A stretch of DNA of 59,526 bases, filler included, from Sluysia triapertura (lineage: Eukaryota), in assembly GCA_046118255.1 (NCBI GenBank). It is 4 parts of 4 records of this genome, joined end to end, with 100 filler letters (N's around TTAATTAATTAA, not from the genome) between each part and the next. Parts side by side here need not be neighbours in the genome. Positions count along the whole stretch, not along the records: positions 42,633 to 59,526 come from JBJNIA010196819.1; 3 more parts are not named here. The stretch is one strand, 5' to 3'. Positions 51,901 to 59,526 of this stretch are shown piece by piece (position 1 is the first letter of the stretch; each line of letters starts with the position of its first letter). The translations under genes were made by a program, and so were the position numbers. Below the pieces are notes generated by a model that ran no database searches, was not told where the DNA came from, and saw only the letters and a list, made by a program, of their open reading frames with translations.

Positions 51901-54900
51901 GTGATAAAGTAGTTAATTTTCTTTTTAAAACGTTTGATTAAGTTTTATTTTGAGAGAAGTACATCTGGGAGTACATAAAGTTAGCTGCGCCTTTATATTA
52001 AATACTACACTAAAAGTCAATTAAAGTCTTTACGTGATTGTATTTATAGTAAGCATTTTAACAAAAGGTTTAAAAAAATGAGCAATATTATGTATTGTTT
52101 AAATGTTAAAGATAACGAATATTGTAATGTTCAAAAACGCATAATAATGAATTAGTTGAAGTTTCGAAAGTGTATGATATTAGACAGAAAAATGTTATAC
52201 TAAAAATGTTGTAAAATCCGATTTTAAACTAAAAATAAATTTTTTATTTCATCGTAATCGTATTTGACACTTTACTTCAGAATGTTATGTCTTAACTAAT
52301 ATACAATTACATATATGATTACGATATTATCGGCAATGCGATACCTTTCTGCATTACTTTTTGTTCTTCCGAATACCACTTACTATTTCGATTCTTGTTA
52401 TATTAATGTTAAACTAAGCTCAAACATTAAGCTTTCTTGTGTCGGTTACAGGAATGTCAAACCTATTATAAATGATGTCAGAAGTGGAGCCATCATACAC
52501 ATTATGAAAATATTTGATTTTACCACTTAATAATACTCAAATTGAAAGTGAAAATTGCACTTATGCTTCAAAATCAATAACAAAAGTATTCTAAATTATA
52601 TTAAAGATACTGAATTTATAATATTATGTGCTCGTGGATATGATTCTATTACAGTGCTAGAATGCAGTTGATTGGAAATCATGATAATTTGCTATGTACA
52701 GCTCAATGGTTATTTCCTTGAAATTATAAAGAAATAAATCAGGTTTTTCTTTGTGTCTAATAAAGTAAATTATTATGTAGTAGTTTGGATAGATTTAAAA
52801 TTGTACGACTTAAGGTTGAACAATCATTTTTGTGAGGTTGCAGATGTTGTAGAATCTGAAATTATAAATCTGATAATAATGGTAATTAAAAATAATAATA
52901 ATAATTAAATATTAATAATGATAACAACTCACTTTTTGATTGCTAAATTAAAAAATAAATAAATTGGTTAAAATAAAGTAAACAAAAGTCACTTACTGTA
53001 TTTGCTTTACTATCTGCAACCTGAAATAAAAATTAATTTACAATAATTTTAATAATTGAAAAATAAATAAACATTACTTATTGTACCTAAATAAAATAAA
53101 TAAAAATAAATTAGATTTAATAACATCTGAATTTTGAGTCGATATAAAAGAGCACTCACAGTAATCTTGACACAAGTCGGTTGAACGATTTCGCGATTTG
53201 ATAAGTTTAATAATTTGTAATTTTATAATTTGGTACGTAATTTGTAATTCCATAATTTAATACTTGGTAATCGGAGATATTTGATATATGGCAAAGTAAT
53301 TGGGAATATTTGGTAATTAATTTGTTACTTGTCAAGAGACCCCGTGAGTTTACTGGATTCATCAATTAAATTAATAAAAGTAATACAGATTTTTTAAAGT
53401 TTTTGTTGTAAGATTTTATCTTAATTGCTAAGATACAAAATTTTAATTTAATTTATTTAAAAAGTAATCTCTAATTTTAGGTTAGAGACAATTTGTCTAC
53501 TATAAAATCAAGTTACAATTATTAGAAAGTTAAATCTAATAATAATAATTTATTGTTTACATATTTATATTATTTGTTTTAGCTATTTTTTAATTTCATT
53601 TTATCTAATAAAAATTCAAACGACTTTAAATAGAGTTCTGTTTTTTCCTGCTTTTTGAAAGTAAAGTTATTACTAAAAAACAAAAAATCATTTAGATAAA
53701 GCAAAAGTTATTTTTTATTCAAAAAGAAAATGAACATAAAAAAAGAAATATTGTCAAAAAACGATTTTGTATTTTAAAGAAGCGAATTTTTGAATGATTT
53801 CTTTTGAAGATATAAATTAGATAAAAATTAATTTTAGGTGATTATAGATTTTAAATTGAAGATTTTAAATTAAAACCTTTTAAAAGATTAATTAAAAGAG
53901 AATTCTACTTAAAGTTAAAATTTAACAATTATTTAAGCTTAATTGGGTATATTTTGATCATATCTTTGGTAATGGTTAATTGGAAAAAATTAAACTACCT
54001 ACAAAAAATAGATATCGTGAGAATTTGACACATTTACGTGAAATTCCGAGAAGTTATACATTAATTGTTAAGGAAGAAATAAAGTAGTTTTTTAAAACTA
54101 CTATTCAGAATATTCGTAAAGAATAATAGCAACTTTAATATTAAAATAAGATGTTTAGTTGCCATCAATTCGTTCTAAGTAAATTCTAAGTTTAAGACTT
54201 TCTGAAGTTGTAAGAACCTTACGGAGACATTGCGTAAGCTTAAAAAGTTAATGATAGGCGAATTTAATAAGTAAAATTTAATCTGTTAGTTGTTAAGTTT
54301 AAGAAAAACCAGCAGTTTTGTTTGGTCCTCAATAAGGCCTACAAAAATCAAATTCCATTTATCAAATTCTTAGGATAAAACATTCAATATATTGGAATTA
54401 TACTAAAAGATTCATTCAAAATTTTCACACCAAAAGGTTTTAGAATAATAAAGGTTTTAATGAATGCTAAAAATATTGTATTTTGTAAATTAATTTTATA
54501 TAGTACAGCCATCAAGAAATATGATATGAAGGATATGAAAATGTTTTAACAAAAAGTTATAAACTCTATCATTTTAATTTGTTTAGTCTCCATACATTAA
54601 CCGATACTTTTCTGTGAATTAGATTTTCTACAAAAATTAAAATATATTATAAATAATTTATGTATGAATTATCAAAATATATATCAGAATTTTATAATTG
54701 ACTACGTACTTTTTTAATTATTGAAATCCTAAGACTTAAGTGGATTTAAATTTAAAATGTTTCAAAGATTACAGACACACCAGCTGAATGTTACAAACCT
54801 TAGATTTAAGCCGAAACTGTAAAATAAAAAATATATTGATGTTTAGTTTTGTTAATTTTAAAAATAAACTTAGCATTGTAATTTTAAATTGAACATTTCT

Positions 54901-55515
54901 CCTTAATCGTTATGCACTGTTTAAAATGCATTTAACTTTCTCAAATATTTCATAAACAGAACCAACTGCGGAATTTGCAATTTATAACTTCACAATAATA
55001 TGATTTTCAAAATCATATTTTTAAGTTCTAAATCCATTATGATTCATTCATTATCCAGAGAATGTCACTGGTGAAAATTATTTCGAAATACCTACTTTAC
55101 GTAAGACTAATATGTCGAAATATAGTATCAAACATCTTACCAACAAAATGAGAAAAAGCATTAAATTTCATTAATTATTATGTAAAAATTCTTTTGTTTT
55201 TATAGAAATTAAAATTCAAAATGCAGTAGTATACTACTTATATAATCTATATAAGTTTAAATTTTTTTGTCGTCATTTCAATATATTAACATATTGATCA
55301 TAAAAGGAATAAAATAAAAAAATAAAAATATAACCATGACAATTATAAATATTGTTTAGTTACCGATTTATTACTAAAATCTTAAATGTCCACGTACTTT
55401 TTTTAATTTGAGTGTAAGTTAAAATCTGATGTGAAATATAAATGATTTATGGATATTTATATTAGACGATTATAATGTGTTATGTAAAAATCTGTATTTA
55501 TGAAAATAAAGATAC

Positions 55516-55646
55516 NNNNNNNNNNNNNNNNNNNNNNNNNNNNNNNNNNNNNNNNNNNNNNNNNNNNNNNNNNNNNNNNNNNNNNNNNNNNNNNNNNNNN
55601 NNNNNNNNNNNNNNNNNNNNNNNNNNNNNNNNNNNNNNNNNNNNNN
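55516..55646. other. Intra-scaffold assembly gap (131 N, no linker)
   Basis: Plain N run. Confidence 0.95.
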
Positions 55647-56199
55647 ATTTAAACTTGGTTTCCATAAAATTATTAAAATAAAAGCAATATGAAATTATGA
55701 AAATTAATTTAATGGAAAATAATTAATTTTTCGAGAAGATAGATTAATAATTTTAAATTTTGAAAAATAAGAAATACAGAAAATTTTTTCAAAATTAAAT
55801 TTTAAGAATTTAGTTTTAATTTAAAATAATATAACTCTAATACTAATAAATCATGTAATAAGATAATATGTAGTTAACCTATCTTTTGACACCTACTTTG
55901 CATAAATGAGAAATAAAACTACAGTAACACCCCAATTTATGCTGTAATTATATTATTTAGCTTTACTTAATAAATATTTTGCTGCATACTAACTTGATAT
56001 TTTTCAAATTTCAAAATATTTCGACATTTTATCGTAAATTTATAGCACTTTATCTTAAATTATTAGAATAAATTATTATTTTACACGATATAAATTTTCT
56101 GTTTGAATCTTTCTTCCTTCATCAATTTGGTAACTTTAAAAATTGTTGCTTGTGAATATCATTTAAACAATCATAAAAATGAATGTCGGCCCAGATTAA

Positions 56200-57260
56200 A
56201 TGACAATAAGATTTTTAGGTTGCATTTATATATAATAATTTTATTTATATTTTGCTTCAATTATTAATAGAAAAGTTATTTTATGCATGGATAAAGTTTT
56301 TCTTGTTGATAAATGTCCACCTAGTTGGCTATAATGAACGTGATTCAACAAGACAGTTTTAGTATTTTTAGAAACTATTGTTTTCCATTCACCTATTGAA
56401 TTTTGAGTCAAAGAATTTTGTCAGTCACACAATTTCTTTGGTTTTCATTTAATAGACCTTTTGAGATATCAAAGGAGATTTCTTCGTCTTTTCTTTAGTG
56501 ACTAATAATGTTTTTTTGGGATTATTTCATTTTCCTGGAAGATTCATAATTTTTATTAGGTTTATATTTTCTTCATCTGTACTTATCTATTTCGACTTGC
56601 AATCCGCGCATTATTTAACTTTCATGTTTATATATAATTTCAAATCGAATTCAGCCAGTTTTTTATATTATCTATTGGGACGACTAACTTATTCAAATAA
56701 GTCAAAGGTTTATTATCAGTATACAAGTACACTTTTTGTCTTCATAAGTAATGTCTAAATAATTCCGATGCATATAATTAATTTCTACTTTATTTCTTCA
56801 TAATTTTCTTCATGATGTCTCTTTGCAGCTTGATATTGTTACTTTAGGTTTGTTTGATAGTATAGTAATATGTGATTCAATTTTGCAATTAATTACTTTT
56901 CATAATTTAGTTCTTTTATATAACCGTTTATTAATCTAATCGATACTTTTATATCATAAATGTTGTTAAATGAGTTTGTTACCCTATTTCTAATTTTTTT
57001 TATTAATTTCTGAAGCTAAGAACATTATTGGATCTGTTAGTAAACTGTTTGTTTTTCCTGGGATTAAGTAGCCAAAATGGTTCTCATAAAATTACATCGT
57101 TAACGCCTATAATTCTATTAGTATAACTGTCCATTAGCTTTGCTTTATAGAAATCCAAAATGACACATCATATCTTCTGGGTATTTTATCGTTACTCTTA
57201 GTTTTGCATCAAATTCATTTTTTTATAGTTGACACAAATATTGATAAACATTTCCGACAT
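56200..57260 (-). mobile_element. Degraded Ty3/gypsy pol (RNase H and integrase zinc finger)
   Basis: Minus strand FRHYL, LYTDNKPLTYL, KLAEFD and ADC (cf. FRHYL..YTDHKPL..LAEFDF..ADALSR), then HYSQLGGHLSTRKTL (integrase HHCC region). Confidence 0.8.
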
Positions 57261-58316
57261 GTCAGAATTTTTCTTTATTCACTTTTAAAATAACGCTTAA
57301 ACAAATAAATGAGTTTCCTTTGAAATATGTTTTCATATTACTAAAACAAATAAATTTATGTAAGTCGTAAAGAAATAAAAGTAACATGATAAAATAGAAA
57401 GACAATGATAATGATATAAAAGAATGGAAGTGGTAAAAATAGGAGGATAGAAAGATAGTAATAATAACAGAATAGCAATAATACGAAAACAATAATTTAA
57501 TAATAATGTTAATAACAATGACACAATAATAATATTGAATTTTAGTTTATATCTATGCATAATTGTTGAAATGAGTATTGTTACCATTATTATAATTGTT
57601 ATTGTGTCGCGTGAAGACTGCTTCTGTTTTATGTATGTTACTTGTTGATTTGATATTTTGTGTTAGATTTTGTTGAATTTGTATATGATTGTGTTTAAGA
57701 TAAATGTGTTTTGGTTTTGAACTCACAACAATGATGACAAAATCCGCTCATTATACCGTAGTTTTACTTTTATAAAATAAGTTAATTTAATATATCTAAA
57801 TACCTAATTTATATTTATTATCATAGTATACTTTATGTTTAGTTAGTAAATCATCATCAATTATGCGTTTCTTCGCCGAACCATAAAATTTTTACTCATA
57901 GCCATTCCTTGCTTTCATTTACCATGTGTCTTTACTCTGTTTGACTCGCCGCCGTCACATTTTCCTTCCTGTCCTACATGTAGGATCACAAGAAGTGTGA
58001 CATTTTAAGGAAAAACTTATCGCATGTGTTCACAATTAAATATTTAAGTAAATCGTATTCATCTCCTAGTCCAATCGATAACAACCTAGAAGAAACTTTT
58101 GGCATTGACTTTTTCCTCTTAATTTAAGCCTTAATGGATATTAGAGACCTATGCTCAAATTTTCGTCGAATCTCATGAAATCTCAAAAGCGAATCCGTTG
58201 CCGACGGCAGCTTAAACATTTTACAAACTATACAAATCGATTAAAATGAATACAGAAATATATAAATAGGTTTTTCCTAAATTTAATCAATAATCTTGAT
58301 TCAAAATTATTTTGAT

Positions 58317-59243
58317 ATGAATTATTTTGCAGCAACCACAAGTGAAGATTCTTAATCAGCTTAAAACTTTATGCCCATAGGTAAATTTTATACTGAAACT
58401 ATCGTGCTCGCTTTCTTCTCTGATTCTTCATCTACGACATATAAATGTCAACCTCGCCAAAATTATTTTTCACTAACCACGGAGAAACCAAGAATATCAC
58501 TAGATGGACTCTCTAACACTTCAGATACCTTTGATTCCTTCTATGTTGCAGTATCCAAGGAGAAGGTTAAAGGAACGCCTGTCGCAGATGGAACACCTCT
58601 TTTTCTTTGCATGATTAGTTTCTTAACTCTTCATATTACCTCCTTTTCAAAAAGTCGTGGTGTTTGAATGGAGTTGCAGGAGACCTCGACTTTTGTCACT
58701 CTTATCTTTCCACGTTTTCTCCGAGGATCTCTGTCATTCCTTCCACATTTTTATGATTATGATGATCAGAACAGGATCTTCTTTACCCATGAACCGCTTC
58801 TATCAGCCTATGATGAAGTTAGCCTGGTTTTTGTGGCTTTTAATTATGCCTTGTACTATTCAACTGGTCTGCACTTTTATAATAAACAATATCATTCGGA
58901 TGTTAACATTCGCTTACACCTTCGAATAATAATTTCTTTGCGAGATATAAGTGGTTTGAAATAATAAGACCTTAATGAAGGTAAGGATGTAGATGAAATT
59001 CGCTATTTTTTTCTGGGTCACTTGCACAATAAGATTTTAGTTTCCTAATACTCTCATCTCACCATCGAGGGTTATTAATCTCGCAAATCATAACCTACAT
59101 CCTTCGCTACTATAACTGACGATAATACTTCAACACATCATAAGTGTCCTACAACTCATGATTCAGTTTCAATCCCATCCCAACATTCATTTAATCACTG
59201 ATACGAGAAGCACGTTTATGCTCAACAGTAACAACGACATTAA
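58317..59243 (+). pseudogene. Unclassified gene-like fossil: one reading frame of ~300 codons interrupted only by stops
   Basis: ORFs 58371-58667 and 58668-58964 are the same frame separated by a single TGA. The frame continues as DLNEGKDVDEIRYFFLGHLHNKILV after TAA TAA. GC is higher than in the flanks. Confidence 0.5.
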
Positions 59244-59448
59244 TAATATAACGTACATCAGTCAACCTAGACAATTTCACAGATTCTAACTTTGCGTTTT
59301 AATATCATATTGGCTATATTTTTACTACTTTTTACAGTATAATTTTTATGTGATCATTTGGTTATTGTCTTTCATATTTGAAGACAAATCTTTCCAATGG
59401 AAAACGTATTTGTTAGGTGGTCAAAGCTTTTAATTTTTTATCACATTT

Positions 59449-59462
59449 ATAATAATAATAGA

Positions 59463-59526
<64 letters not shown>
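59449..59526. repeat. (AAT)n microsatellite at window end
   Basis: Near-perfect AAT run. Confidence 0.95.

Noticed and set aside
55475-55681. 68-aa ORF
   Set aside because: Artefact of reading through an N gap.
57597-57730. Solo LTR (TGTT...CACAACA) beside the gypsy relic
   Set aside because: Short, with an imperfect TSD (ataat/atgat) and no second copy in the window.

Overview
Very AT-rich animal nuclear DNA. The 35-44 nt introns, (AAT)n microsatellites and ARNT bHLH sequence suggest a flatworm-like invertebrate, but that is inference only. The window is not contiguous. Three identical artificial spacers (44 N + TTAATTAATTAA + 44 N) join four unlinked pieces: 1-14839, 14940-30594, 30695-42532 and 42633-59526. 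Recognisable host genes are ARNT/tango exons 1-2 (-), three internal HEATR5 exons (-), an intronless LRRC58-like LRR/BC-box gene (-), a complete three-exon SNAPIN (+) and exon 1 of Flightless-I (+). The most striking observation is that the SNAPIN stop codon overlaps the FLII start codon (TAATG, 36879-36883). This zero-spacer stop-start pair appears to sit, with the divergent LRR gene, inside a HEATR5 intron. The rest is decayed transposons (piggyBac, mariner/Tc1, Merlin, hAT MITE, Ty3/gypsy, a B-box SINE-like family) and several families of unclassified gene-like fossils. In those fossils, CAA/CAG in one copy aligns with TAA/TAG in another. All protein identifications come from recalled family sequences, not database searches.
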